Source of the DNA: Diplonema japonicum
Lineage: Eukaryota > Protista > Euglenozoa: Diplonemea
Direction: 5' to 3'
Length of the DNA: 64,000 bases
NCBI GenBank assembly: GCA_964019335.1
Contig: OZ025722.1
Span: 413,877-477,876 of the forward strand
Shown in pieces: positions 1-9,853 of the stretch. The notes beneath the pieces are model-generated. The model did not search any database. It had not been told where the DNA came from and saw nothing but the letters and a program-made list of their open reading frames with translations. How positions within the stretch are numbered: position 1 is the stretch's first letter; every line of letters starts with the position of its first letter. The position numbers and the translations under genes are program-made.

Positions 1-1286
1 CAAGGGGCGGGGTCGGTATCAGACCACTGCCGACCGAGGTCAGGACGTGGTTGTTCGGAGCACAGTGGGACAAGGCAGCACCTGTGACTGTTGAGAATTG
101 CTTCCTTGCTGCGGCAAAGATTCTCAAAAAGGTCGCGAAGGCCATGGTGTGCAGAGTGCAACTGTCGCTGACACGCAAGGCCGTCTTAGAGGCCGAGCGC
201 ATCATACGCGTGGCGGTGAAGAACCAAAACGTTGTTCTACAAAAATACTGGAAACACCTGTACAAACACTACCGTACCACCAAGGAGAAGAAAAGGGTGA
301 AGAAGCGGCAGGCACGGCGTGCTTTAGTTCCCAAACTGAAACAAAAGAACGAGAAGATCGCAATGCGGGGCGCTTATGTAAAGTTTCACAGAATCCTGAC
401 AGCTGTCATCAAATCCAGGAAACAGAACGAGCTATCTAGGGACTTAGCTGCGAAGTCGGTGAGCATTCTCGGGTGCCATTATATCCGGAAGCTTGTGAAG
501 CTCGTCCTTTCTGTGCGTTGCGCGAAACTGGAGAGCCGCACAGCCCGTCGGGTGATGTCAACATTCACAGGCAAGTTGCAAAAGTACAGCAGCAAGAAAC
601 TCATGAATAGAAAGAAGGCAGACGACTTGCAGCAGAAAAACGAAGTTGCTGTCATCTCCAAACATTACAAGAAGCTCAGCGTATGGGCGCCTGCGAATCT
701 CTTGTTCTCACGTGAGGACGTGCTTCGCGTTTCTTTCTCAGTTCAGGAAGCAGCAGGTAGGAGAAGGTTGAAAAATAAAGCCACCCAACTGCTACGTAAA
801 TGGGCATTCCAAAGGAACAAACTGTTAACCGAGACCTCACAGCAGCTGTACCACGCCAACACGTTGCTGCTCGTGCAGAAAGCTTGGAGCTTCCTCTACA
901 ACTACACCACGCTGAAAACAAAATGCAGAAAGCGACGCGCGGCTACGCTTCTTCTCAAAAGGCGGCAACGCATGGAAGCTGCGCTGGTCCCTAAAATGCG
1001 CCACTTGCTTGACAACGCCATCCTCCTCGCTAAGGAGATCGAGACAGCAGAAGCTGCAGTGCGCAACGATGTGATGGCAAAACAGCTAGCAAGCATGCCG
1101 CCTGACACGTGGGCCATGTCCTTCGACTTCAACGAGCAGATGAAATGGTCTCTCAAGCAACAAGATAAGCCTAAGCCCATTTTCAAGAAGAGGGTGTACA
1201 AGCACGACAGGTTCCAGCTGCGCCCATCGTCTGTCTCTAGGGATGAAGGCGTTGTTGGACTCTTTAAAAAGCGGCGAGTGCCATAG
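1..1286 (+). CDS. Hypothetical basic alpha-helical protein, 5'-partial
   Basis: Frame is open from position 3 to TAG at 1284-1286; K/R/L-rich helical sequence; no recognisable motif. Confidence 0.65.
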   Translation, partial: RGGVGIRPLPTEVRTWLFGAQWDKAAPVTVENCFLAAAKILKKVAKAMVCRVQLSLTRKAVLEAERIIRVAVKNQNVVLQKYWKHLYKHYRTTKEKKRVKKRQARRALVPKLKQKNEKIAMRGAYVKFHRILTAVIKSRKQNELSRDLAAKSVSILGCHYIRKLVKLVLSVRCAKLESRTARRVMSTFTGKLQKYSSKKLMNRKKADDLQQKNEVAVISKHYKKLSVWAPANLLFSREDVLRVSFSVQEAAGRRRLKNKATQLLRKWAFQRNKLLTETSQQLYHANTLLLVQKAWSFLYNYTTLKTKCRKRRAATLLLKRRQRMEAALVPKMRHLLDNAILLAKEIETAEAAVRNDVMAKQLASMPPDTWAMSFDFNEQMKWSLKQQDKPKPIFKKRVYKHDRFQLRPSSVSRDEGVVGLFKKRRVP

Positions 1287-1372
1287 TCTTTCCAGCTATG
1301 CATGTCTCGTTTCTTATTTGTTGATCGTCGTTTTTCTATATATTTCACTCAAAATACAGAATACCAACAAAG

Positions 1373-3688
1373 ATGGACATCGAAATGGACCCACGCGAAG
1401 CGACACCTTCTATGGAGCAGCACGCTCCGGAGGTGGCTACACCAGAGCAGAGAGTGTATGAGACCACACCTAAGATAGCATCGACGATAAAAGAAAACGC
1501 ACGCGAGGCAACTGTGACCCCAGCAAGGGTGCTCCGCCTCGGGAGCGAAGAGTCTGAGGTGAAATGGACAGGTTGGGATTGGGGTTCACAGGTGACAGAG
1601 GAGCTGGCTTTCTCCTTCTTCGGAAGGTCATACGTGATGATGCTGTTGCTGTCATCACTTTGCTTCACAATCCTGTTAGCTCTGCGTTTGGGGAGCTCTG
1701 TAGCTATCAAGGTGTTTGTGCCGGAGGACCCACACTTGTGGGGCACCCTCGCTATGTTGCTTTCGCTTGCTTCACTCCTCATCTTCTTTAGCTCTGTTAT
1801 CAACATGGTTCTTCAGCTCACACGCTCCTGGTACCGGCTCACCCGTGATACGGTGCATGTGTTTTACCTCCCCAACGCTTCGTACGACCAGGAAGCCATA
1901 AGGACTAGGAACCGGTACCTTGCTGTGCTGTACATGGCGGTGCTTGTCATCCCCGTGCTTGCAGGGTTCGGCGTATCGCTCCAAGACACTGCACTTAGCT
2001 TCATCGGTGTGACCAGCTTCTACTCTTTTGCTGCTTTCAACTGCATCGTGGCGTGCGTGTGGATGTTCATGTGGTGGAAGTCGGTGAAGAGCAAGTATGC
2101 AACATGGCAGAAGGGTGTCCTTACTAAGAAGCAGTGCAATGAGGAAGATGAAGACGACCAGGTACCTTGGGAAAGCAAGTTGTTCAGCAACCCTCTTGTG
2201 ATGGCGGAATTCGGGTTGGACGTGCTGAGTGCCAGGATGCACGGCGTGCTGATGTTGGTGTGCGTTGTGTGGGTGCTCTTGATGGTAGTCATGATGAGCC
2301 TGTCCATTGGAAGCATCTTGTGGGTGGTCGTGGTTCTTGCGATCATTGTCAGTGGACTGCTGCTCAGCTTCATGGCAGGGAAGCCTTCGAAGCGTGCCTC
2401 CAAGATTGCCAAGCACCAAAGGTACCTGACGTATGTTACGGGCTTCGCATGGTTGCTGTTCATCTTGTTGGGCCTCATTGGCAGCATGATGCACGGCAGC
2501 CTCATCGTGGCTAACCTTCTGCTGCTTGCTGCAACGCAGCTCCAGACACTTCGCAGACATGATCTGCATGCCTTCGACGAGTGGGTGTTGCCGGACTGCG
2601 ATGAAGACGAGGTGGCTTACACAAGGTGCCTAAACATCATACCTTGCAGCGGTGTGCTGCGGTCGTTCGTTCCTTCATCGTGCCTCCCCAAGAAGCTTAA
2701 GAAAGCGAAGGCACGCCGCGAGGCCGTTGATAACGTCGTTGTGTCGCACCACTGTGAGGCCATCGAGTACAAGTACAACACCACTCACAGGGTGCTCACT
2801 GCCGACCTTAAGATCAGCTTTGCTCTGATACTTGCCCTCATCGTGCTTATGTGCTCTGTGCTGCCGTATGGTGACGAGCTCAAAGGCTCCCTCACACGGG
2901 AAGTGGTATCGGCAAACAGTTCAACCGTGCAAAATGCAGAGCAGCAGTTTCCAGTGTGCGGGATGACATGGGGCGGGGTGTCGATGTCGGAGCTGGCGAT
3001 GCTTGTGCTGCTCACGGAGCATGCGGAACCTGGCGTTCTCGAAGAGGACTTGAGGGTAAGCCAACTATTCGAACTCAAGGCTATTGACAACAGCAGCCGG
3101 GACGCGACCATCACGCACTTCAATGCCATGGGCCGTGATGTTGATGTCATCGTAGTGAGCAGCACTGGTGGTGACACTGCACAGCGATGGGCCATGGACC
3201 TTGACCTGTGGGGCGACGCAGTCTTAGCAAAGGTACTGACTTTGCTAAACCCATTCATGGGTGCCTGGTCAGAGGAACATATGAAGGATTTCGTGTCCTT
3301 CACGGCAGACATCACGGGTCTATTCAGAAGCAGGGCCATCCCTACCAATGTCATCAAGTACATCGAAGGCGCTAAACTAGCATCCAACACGGTGGTTGTG
3401 TCACACGGGGCAACCGCTGGGAAGCTCCTCCTAGTGGCACACGACATACCTCACCTTGTGGTGACTTTTGGCTCACCGGGCAGCACCTACACTGGGAACA
3501 GCGCTCCCGTGTCCTCTACGCATATCGTTCCTGAGAACTCTCTGTTATCCCTCCTCGACAAGCACGCAGGCTACGTGCAGCACCTTCCCTGTACTGGTAC
3601 TCTCTCGGATTGCCAGTCTCTTTCACGCACTGTGTGCTCCCTTATTGCTAGCTGCGGTCTTGCAGACCTGAAGCTTAGTGTTTGTTAA
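1373..3688 (+). CDS. Multi-pass membrane protein with C-terminal degenerate class-3 lipase-like domain
   Basis: 771-aa ORF with many hydrophobic segments; C-terminal WAMDLDLW, VVVSHGATAG (at GHSLGG position), TFGSPG, IVPENSLLSLLD and Cys-rich tail resemble TM+lipase proteins. Confidence 0.7.
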   Translation: MDIEMDPREATPSMEQHAPEVATPEQRVYETTPKIASTIKENAREATVTPARVLRLGSEESEVKWTGWDWGSQVTEELAFSFFGRSYVMMLLLSSLCFTILLALRLGSSVAIKVFVPEDPHLWGTLAMLLSLASLLIFFSSVINMVLQLTRSWYRLTRDTVHVFYLPNASYDQEAIRTRNRYLAVLYMAVLVIPVLAGFGVSLQDTALSFIGVTSFYSFAAFNCIVACVWMFMWWKSVKSKYATWQKGVLTKKQCNEEDEDDQVPWESKLFSNPLVMAEFGLDVLSARMHGVLMLVCVVWVLLMVVMMSLSIGSILWVVVVLAIIVSGLLLSFMAGKPSKRASKIAKHQRYLTYVTGFAWLLFILLGLIGSMMHGSLIVANLLLLAATQLQTLRRHDLHAFDEWVLPDCDEDEVAYTRCLNIIPCSGVLRSFVPSSCLPKKLKKAKARREAVDNVVVSHHCEAIEYKYNTTHRVLTADLKISFALILALIVLMCSVLPYGDELKGSLTREVVSANSSTVQNAEQQFPVCGMTWGGVSMSELAMLVLLTEHAEPGVLEEDLRVSQLFELKAIDNSSRDATITHFNAMGRDVDVIVVSSTGGDTAQRWAMDLDLWGDAVLAKVLTLLNPFMGAWSEEHMKDFVSFTADITGLFRSRAIPTNVIKYIEGAKLASNTVVVSHGATAGKLLLVAHDIPHLVVTFGSPGSTYTGNSAPVSSTHIVPENSLLSLLDKHAGYVQHLPCTGTLSDCQSLSRTVCSLIASCGLADLKLSVC

Positions 3689-3874
3689 GAAGATGCTTTT
3701 CTTTTAGATTTCCCTCCCCGCCATCTATTTATAAAAAGAATATAGATTTGTTAGATCGTAGAAACTATTCCCCCCCCTCCCCCCCCTTTTTTTTATCGCT
3801 CGATTACTTTAAGAGTAACTCGTGTGTTTTTTTTGATTTCTCTGCTTTTGACGTATGTATTCATCAGGAGCAAG

Positions 3875-5257
3875 ATGCAAGTCGCTGGTGTAGCGGAGAT
3901 GGAGAGCTTGCGGTTTGGGAACGACGGGGTGCAGGATGGCCCTGGGCCGGGGGCGTATAGCATACCTGATGGAATGGCAGATGATAACAAAAAGTGGTTG
4001 GTGGCTGCGACTTGGTCGAAAGGAGAAAGGCAAGCCGCGACCGAATTTGGGACACCAGGGCCCGCAACGTATGAAGTGGGCACTCCGTTTGGTGCATTGA
4101 GCCCGAAAGTGAAATTCGGACACTCAAAGAGGTTCCCTGATGGAAACGACACACGCTGCCATGCGTATCTACAGCTAGACCACGCACCTGCTTCCCCTAG
4201 CCCTGTGAAGGGCACCTTTTCTCTAGCTGCAGATCGCTCCACGGCGCACCCCACTTCTTCTCCAGGCCCGAAATACTATATCCAAGGCATGGGGTCCACC
4301 GCTGATGTTTTGTTGCAGCGACGCCGCCGCCGCCATGTTTCCACAGCTCCCAGATTTCCCGAAGCCCATGAACGTTCCCCTGGTCCGATATACAGCATCA
4401 ACAACAGGTCCACCAAGGGTGTCAAGTTGCCGCCTCGCACGCCAAGCTCAGATAGAAAAGCAAAATATCTTGCAGACACACACGCATCGGTTGAGCCGTT
4501 CATGAGCGATGGTACGAGGCTGATCCAAAAGAATGGAGAGCTCGTGAAGGTGTTCGTGTCCACAGGAGCCACAGCGTCATCGGGTGCCTTCGGGAAAAAG
4601 ACAAAGCGCGACACGATATTTTACAAAAGCGACGACGGGCCTGGCCCGCAGAATTATGAGGTGCACGACGAGGAGGTGAAGAGGAGTAATCCCGCATTTT
4701 CCTTCGGGTCACACCAAGGCACGAGTTATGAGCTACAGAACGACGGCAAAAAGGCGGGCACGGCAAAACCCATGGAGAGAAAGCCGAATACCGATTCGCA
4801 AGCTGTCCCCGGGCCAGGGGCATATGTTCTGGAAAGCAAGTCCAACGGGCCTTCTTTCAGTATTGCATATCCTGTCGGTCCTGTTCCCAAGGCGACACCT
4901 GGGCCGACGTCCTACAAGCAGAACGTGCAAAGAACTAACAAACCCAAGGTACCTACTTTTTCACGTTCTTCTCGATTCAAGGAACTCAGCGAAACGGTTC
5001 CTGGTCCGGGGTATTACGCCAACCCTGCCTTGTCGAAGGGCTGCAAGCACGGTGTTTCCACATCGTGCCCAGATGTCATCGGCTGGATGGAGAAGAAGAA
5101 GCAAGCGGCCATTAAACACAAAGAAGCTTGTGTGGAAATGAGCCGGAGGATGGTGATCATGGGGAGCTTCTCGGAGCACTCGCCGCAAAGAAACTCCGTC
5201 TTGCCAGAGCAAGTGGCCGAGAGGCCTCGGGGGACAACACGCACCATTTGGTACTAA
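3875..5257 (+). CDS. SHIPPO / sperm-tail PG-rich repeat protein (ODF3/STPG-like, probably flagellar)
   Basis: Many PGPGxY-type repeats (PGPGAY x2, PGPATY, PGPKYY, PGPIY, PGPQNY, PGPTSY, PGPGYY); first ATG at 3875. Confidence 0.85.
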   Translation: MQVAGVAEMESLRFGNDGVQDGPGPGAYSIPDGMADDNKKWLVAATWSKGERQAATEFGTPGPATYEVGTPFGALSPKVKFGHSKRFPDGNDTRCHAYLQLDHAPASPSPVKGTFSLAADRSTAHPTSSPGPKYYIQGMGSTADVLLQRRRRRHVSTAPRFPEAHERSPGPIYSINNRSTKGVKLPPRTPSSDRKAKYLADTHASVEPFMSDGTRLIQKNGELVKVFVSTGATASSGAFGKKTKRDTIFYKSDDGPGPQNYEVHDEEVKRSNPAFSFGSHQGTSYELQNDGKKAGTAKPMERKPNTDSQAVPGPGAYVLESKSNGPSFSIAYPVGPVPKATPGPTSYKQNVQRTNKPKVPTFSRSSRFKELSETVPGPGYYANPALSKGCKHGVSTSCPDVIGWMEKKKQAAIKHKEACVEMSRRMVIMGSFSEHSPQRNSVLPEQVAERPRGTTRTIWY

Positions 5258-5339
5258 AGACTAGACGTTTCCTTTTTATTTCCTTCTCTTTTTTTTTCTC
5301 TCGTATCCCGTATCCAGGGTACCATTTATAACAAAGATC

Positions 5340-6137
5340 ATGGCAAACCAACATGTAGCTGAGACCTTCTCCATGAAGGGGAAATACTGCCTGGTGACGG
5401 GAGCGTCATCTGGGTTGGGAGCGCATTTTGCTAAATGCTACGCGAAGAGTGGCGCGGCGGGAATCGCTGTGCTAGCAAGGCGTGCGGAGTTGTTGAAAGA
5501 ATTAGAGGCAGAGCTTAGAACGCTGAGCCCCGACGCCAAGGTCGTGTCGTGCCAGTGCGACGTCACATCCCGCGAGTCGGTGTTCAAGGCCTTTGATGCT
5601 GTGGAGATTGTGTTCGGACGCCCTGTAGACGTTGTCGTGAACAACGCAGGTGCAGGCGGACACGCTCACTTCTTGAATGTCGCAGACAATCAATACGATC
5701 ACATGACGAATGTGAATGTGCGCGGGTGTTGGTACGTAGCGCAGGAAGCTGCCAAGCGCCTTGTCGCAACGAAACGAGAAGGCACCATCATCAACATCGC
5801 GTCCATCCTGGGTCTACGTGTCAGGGCCACCAATTCACTGTACGCAACAACAAAGGCAGCACTTGTACAGATGACGAAGGGGATGGCGTTGGATCTGGCG
5901 GCGCACAATATCCGTGCGAATGCGATCTGCCCTGGGTACTACCGCACCCCAATGACTGAGAAGGCCTTCGAGGACGGGAAGCCCAGGCCGGCCTTGATCG
6001 AGAAGATCCCCTCCAAACGGGTGGGCTTGTTCCACGAGCTTGACGGGGCGCTGTTGCTGCTGTCGAGCAACGCTTCCAGCAACATGACAGGCTCCGTTAT
6101 CGCAGTCGATGGCGGGCACTTGCTGTCGTCATTGTAA
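5340..6137 (+). CDS. Classical short-chain dehydrogenase/reductase (FabG-like)
   Basis: TGASSGLG, NNAG, INIASI, YATTK (YxxxK), NAICPG, VDGG motifs. Confidence 0.95.
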   Translation: MANQHVAETFSMKGKYCLVTGASSGLGAHFAKCYAKSGAAGIAVLARRAELLKELEAELRTLSPDAKVVSCQCDVTSRESVFKAFDAVEIVFGRPVDVVVNNAGAGGHAHFLNVADNQYDHMTNVNVRGCWYVAQEAAKRLVATKREGTIINIASILGLRVRATNSLYATTKAALVQMTKGMALDLAAHNIRANAICPGYYRTPMTEKAFEDGKPRPALIEKIPSKRVGLFHELDGALLLLSSNASSNMTGSVIAVDGGHLLSSL

Positions 6138-6243
6138 AAGCATGCAGTGAGTTTCTTTATGGGGGGGTGAGCGCTCCCCCCTCCCCCCAAAAAAAAAAAA
6201 CGTCAAATAATAAAGGATACTGAGGTCCGGTACCCGCAGTGAC

Positions 6244-6275
<32 letters not shown>

Positions 6276-6774
6276 CACGAAATAATAGAAGAACTTGTCG
6301 TTTTTTTTTTTTTTTATCCTCGCTAGTAAGGGGGGAAACAGTAAAAGGCAAGAACCTGCAGAAGTATATCCTAATTCGACACAACGAAAACCATTTATCT
6401 TGTTTAACCATATTGCATTTGAAGTTAAAAAAAAAGAAGAAGAAGGAAAGTGTGACGTGCCAAACAACCAGCTACTGAGTAAACGTCTCAAGTCACTTCC
6501 AACCCACCTAGTGGGTACGGCCTTAACAAGTCGAAAGAAAAAGTGAAATTTTATTTTAAAAAAAAAAAGTGAAAGATATTGTTTCTTAAATACTGTTCGC
6601 AAACCAACGTATACGATCTTCTTTTGAATGCTCGTTTTTTTTTTTTTTTCCCTTTTTTTTTTTGTTTTTTTTTTTCTTTTTCTCTGTTGATATTTAAACA
6701 AAAAAGAAGGGGAGGAAACGTGTCAATTCCCAGGATATATTCAAGCCTTTAAAACCTTCAACCTTTAAATAAAA

Positions 6775-7776
6775 ATGGCTCTGCCCGCTCCCGCGCCCAC
6801 CTGCTTGAGGGAATACTCCGGTGTCATACTCTCCATGCTACATGAGAGGAAACCCAAAACCGTCGAGGGTCTTACAAAGGAAATGCACGAGTTGCCGCCG
6901 TTCATACCAAAGGTGTACTGGGCGGCACTGGGTGACCTACTTAAGAAAGCTGAGCGGCCGAGCGAAGGTGTGATACCGGGTGAGAAATGGATAAGCTTGC
7001 GGCTTGACGGGACCGGGTTTTCGAAGTACATAAAAATGCTGCGAAGGACGAACATACTTCAGAAGGGGTACAGCGGTGAGTTCGCAAACATAATGCAAGA
7101 ATGCCTGCAGGACCTGATGGAGTTCTCGCATGCGTGGGTGGGCTACTCACAAAGCGATGAGATGTCCCTCTTGATACCGCCTGCTAGGGTGATACGAGGT
7201 GCCCAGTCATGCCACATGCGAAACGGGCGTGTTCAGAAGCTCGCGTCCCTGAACGCAGCAAGGGTGACCGCCGTCTTCAATCATGAAGTGATGAAACTGT
7301 GTGCAAGCAAGGGGCTGCCTCCTCCTGACAGGTCGCACCTCGCCACCTTCGACTGCAGAGTTGGCTCCTACGACACGGAACGCGAAGCACTGTCCTTGCT
7401 ATTGTGGCGGTCGTACGACTCCGGTATAAACGGTGTTACAGACGCTTGCTTCCACCAGAAGGGTGTGCTGCCGGGTGCCAAAGAGGCCGTCGCTGCTGGC
7501 AATGACCAGAAGCTTGCCTTCCTGATGAAGCACAATCTACTCCCACTGCATCCCCACCAGGCCTACGGTTCTTTCTGCATACGGAAGAGGGCACCGCATA
7601 TAGGCTACAACCCTGTTACAAAGGAAGAGGTTCACACCACTCGTTCGAAGTTGTTCATGAAGAATCAGTGTTTTCTCACCATGTTCAAGGATGGTGGGGT
7701 GGAATATGTGGACGAGAGACTGGAGGAGGAGAAAGAGAAAGAAGTTGAAAAGGAAACGCACTCTGATGATGAATGA
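6775..7776 (+). CDS. tRNA(His) guanylyltransferase family, Thg1-like protein (3'-5' polymerase)
   Basis: LRLDGTGFSK, YSQSDEMSL, GRVQKLAS, FDCRV motifs; lacks the HINNLYN motif of bona fide eukaryotic Thg1. Confidence 0.9.
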   Translation: MALPAPAPTCLREYSGVILSMLHERKPKTVEGLTKEMHELPPFIPKVYWAALGDLLKKAERPSEGVIPGEKWISLRLDGTGFSKYIKMLRRTNILQKGYSGEFANIMQECLQDLMEFSHAWVGYSQSDEMSLLIPPARVIRGAQSCHMRNGRVQKLASLNAARVTAVFNHEVMKLCASKGLPPPDRSHLATFDCRVGSYDTEREALSLLLWRSYDSGINGVTDACFHQKGVLPGAKEAVAAGNDQKLAFLMKHNLLPLHPHQAYGSFCIRKRAPHIGYNPVTKEEVHTTRSKLFMKNQCFLTMFKDGGVEYVDERLEEEKEKEVEKETHSDDE

Positions 7777-7951
7777 GAAGAGTGTGAAAAAAAAAAAGTG
7801 AGAACTATTAATAAGATTTCAGCGGACATGAACAGGCCTAACCTTTTTCCTGTTCCCTCGAGTGTCGCTGGTAGTTCACATTTCTTTCTCTCTAGTTAAT
7901 TGCTTGGAGCGTTTTAAAACTGTCACTATAGCTGCCATTCACAGGTTTGGG

Positions 7952-9799
7952 ATGGACATGCATGACAGCTCTTCATCTCTGTCCTCGTTCGATGAAACAC
8001 AAGAGGACAAAGAAGCGGGCACGACAGGCATAAACCTGAGCAGTATTAGCCTGTTCCATTTGGGGCAGCAGAACCCGTCTTCGGTAATGTCCTTCGGTTA
8101 CGTCTCGGGTGTGGCAGACAGACCACCCTTGTCCTTTGTGGCAGGATGTAGGGCAGTGTATATATTAATGCCGCAGCTTGGTCAAGCAGACGAGCAGGAC
8201 CAGTGCCAGTACGCATGGAGGCCGCTTGATTTGAGTGGGATGGAAGGGTCGCAGATATTAGGGATTGCTGTGTGCCAGACTAAGCCGGACGACATTTGGC
8301 TGCTGGTGGCGTCCATGAGGGTGGTGGCTGGTGCTAGGAAGCCTCAACTGGCGGTTATCAAGTATGACAGGTTGGCACTGGGGTCCGACCCACACGTGAG
8401 GGGGAATGTGCAGACGATCGAAGCGTTAGACTGGTGCCCTTTGACCCTGAAGACGTACCACGACACAGACCAGGACGGGTTTCTGATCTCTGGCAGCGAC
8501 GGTGTGATCCACGTGCGCATGCTTGTACGGCATAACGTGTACAACTCAATCTACGATGTGTCCACAGTCAGCATCGGGCAGATCGTCTTTCTACGGCACC
8601 TCGCTGCGATAAAGTCACCTGTGCTGTCGTTGGATTACTGTCTCACTAAGCATTTTGATCTATGGGCTGCAGGGTGCCAGGATGGCTGGCTGCAACTGTG
8701 GGTCATCCCAGAATCGCAAGAACAAGGATCCAGGATGACCTCGCTGCTTCTCAACGGCCCTCTCTCAGCAGTAACGTTCTTCACAGTGTCGCCTCCTGAC
8801 AAGACGGAAAAAGTAAAGAAGGTTAACGAGGACCTGGCAGGCATCCTACGCAGGGCCGAGGCGGCCCGTCCGAAAGACGATCAGGAAGAGTCGTGGTATA
8901 CGTGTCACAACCTGCTCGTTGCGGAGTGCGTGGGGAGGGTCATGGTGTTCTGGAACGTGGAAAAGTACGGGCTCACGCAGGTGGAGGTCCTTCCGTCGCC
9001 ACCGTTGGAGACGTCGCATGACATTCTTGCCAACAGTGCGAACAGAAAGTCCTTCGACCGCAAGTCGGAGATGTCACCTGCAGGCACCATGAAGTTGTCC
9101 CTTTCGGCAGAAGGCCTTGCTTCTAACGACGTTAGCATCAGCAGCTCACCTGTGCGATCGGACACGCCGACGAAGATTCTGCAGCCACCGCCGCCGGCTG
9201 ATGGCGGGCTACTCGGCACAGGTGCACTTTGCGTGCACGCAAGCGATGCGACTGGCGACGGCGTAACAGAGCTCATAGTCGGCACTTACGCGAAGACGAT
9301 GGTAGTGTACAAGTTGATCGACAACAGCAGCAAAGGAAGGTACAGGGAACTGGCGTCACCGAACGTGTACAGCGAGAGGAGCATGTTTGGAAGCAGCATT
9401 CGGTCAGACACTCTATCGTGGCGGTATGAAGTGGCGTCAGTGCGATGCTTCCCTTATGCAGTACATGCCATACATACCTTGGAGCCTATGCTAGAGGCGA
9501 CGAAAGAGTTGCAGATCTTAACTGCCTACCACCTACACGTCATAGGTCCAGAAGTGCAAGAGGTTAAGTCACGCATGCGATCAAGACTGGCCCTTATACA
9601 GCAGATCCTGGAGCTGGAGAAGCAGTGCTCTGAGCTCGGTGTAGAGACTGGTGGGAAGATAGGCGACAGAAGCGACGCGCACATGCAGTTCTCAGACGAT
9701 GACACGAGCAGCGGCAGCAGCAGCACAAGCAGTAGTGATGACCGCAAGCGGGATGAGATTCCAGCTTGGGTGCTTGAAAGGTTCAGGTTGGGGCGATAA
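7952..9799 (+). CDS. KPTN: Kaptin-like beta-propeller protein (KICSTOR subunit-like)
   Basis: FLISGSDGVIH, AAGCQDGWL, LNGPLSAVTFF and DATGDGVTELIVGTYAKTMVVYK match recalled kaptin motifs; first ATG at 7952. Confidence 0.7.
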   Translation: MDMHDSSSSLSSFDETQEDKEAGTTGINLSSISLFHLGQQNPSSVMSFGYVSGVADRPPLSFVAGCRAVYILMPQLGQADEQDQCQYAWRPLDLSGMEGSQILGIAVCQTKPDDIWLLVASMRVVAGARKPQLAVIKYDRLALGSDPHVRGNVQTIEALDWCPLTLKTYHDTDQDGFLISGSDGVIHVRMLVRHNVYNSIYDVSTVSIGQIVFLRHLAAIKSPVLSLDYCLTKHFDLWAAGCQDGWLQLWVIPESQEQGSRMTSLLLNGPLSAVTFFTVSPPDKTEKVKKVNEDLAGILRRAEAARPKDDQEESWYTCHNLLVAECVGRVMVFWNVEKYGLTQVEVLPSPPLETSHDILANSANRKSFDRKSEMSPAGTMKLSLSAEGLASNDVSISSSPVRSDTPTKILQPPPPADGGLLGTGALCVHASDATGDGVTELIVGTYAKTMVVYKLIDNSSKGRYRELASPNVYSERSMFGSSIRSDTLSWRYEVASVRCFPYAVHAIHTLEPMLEATKELQILTAYHLHVIGPEVQEVKSRMRSRLALIQQILELEKQCSELGVETGGKIGDRSDAHMQFSDDDTSSGSSSTSSSDDRKRDEIPAWVLERFRLGR

Positions 9800-9853
9800 C
9801 CATATATTTTTAATGACTTTCATCTAAGCACCACACCACAGGAACACAACAAG

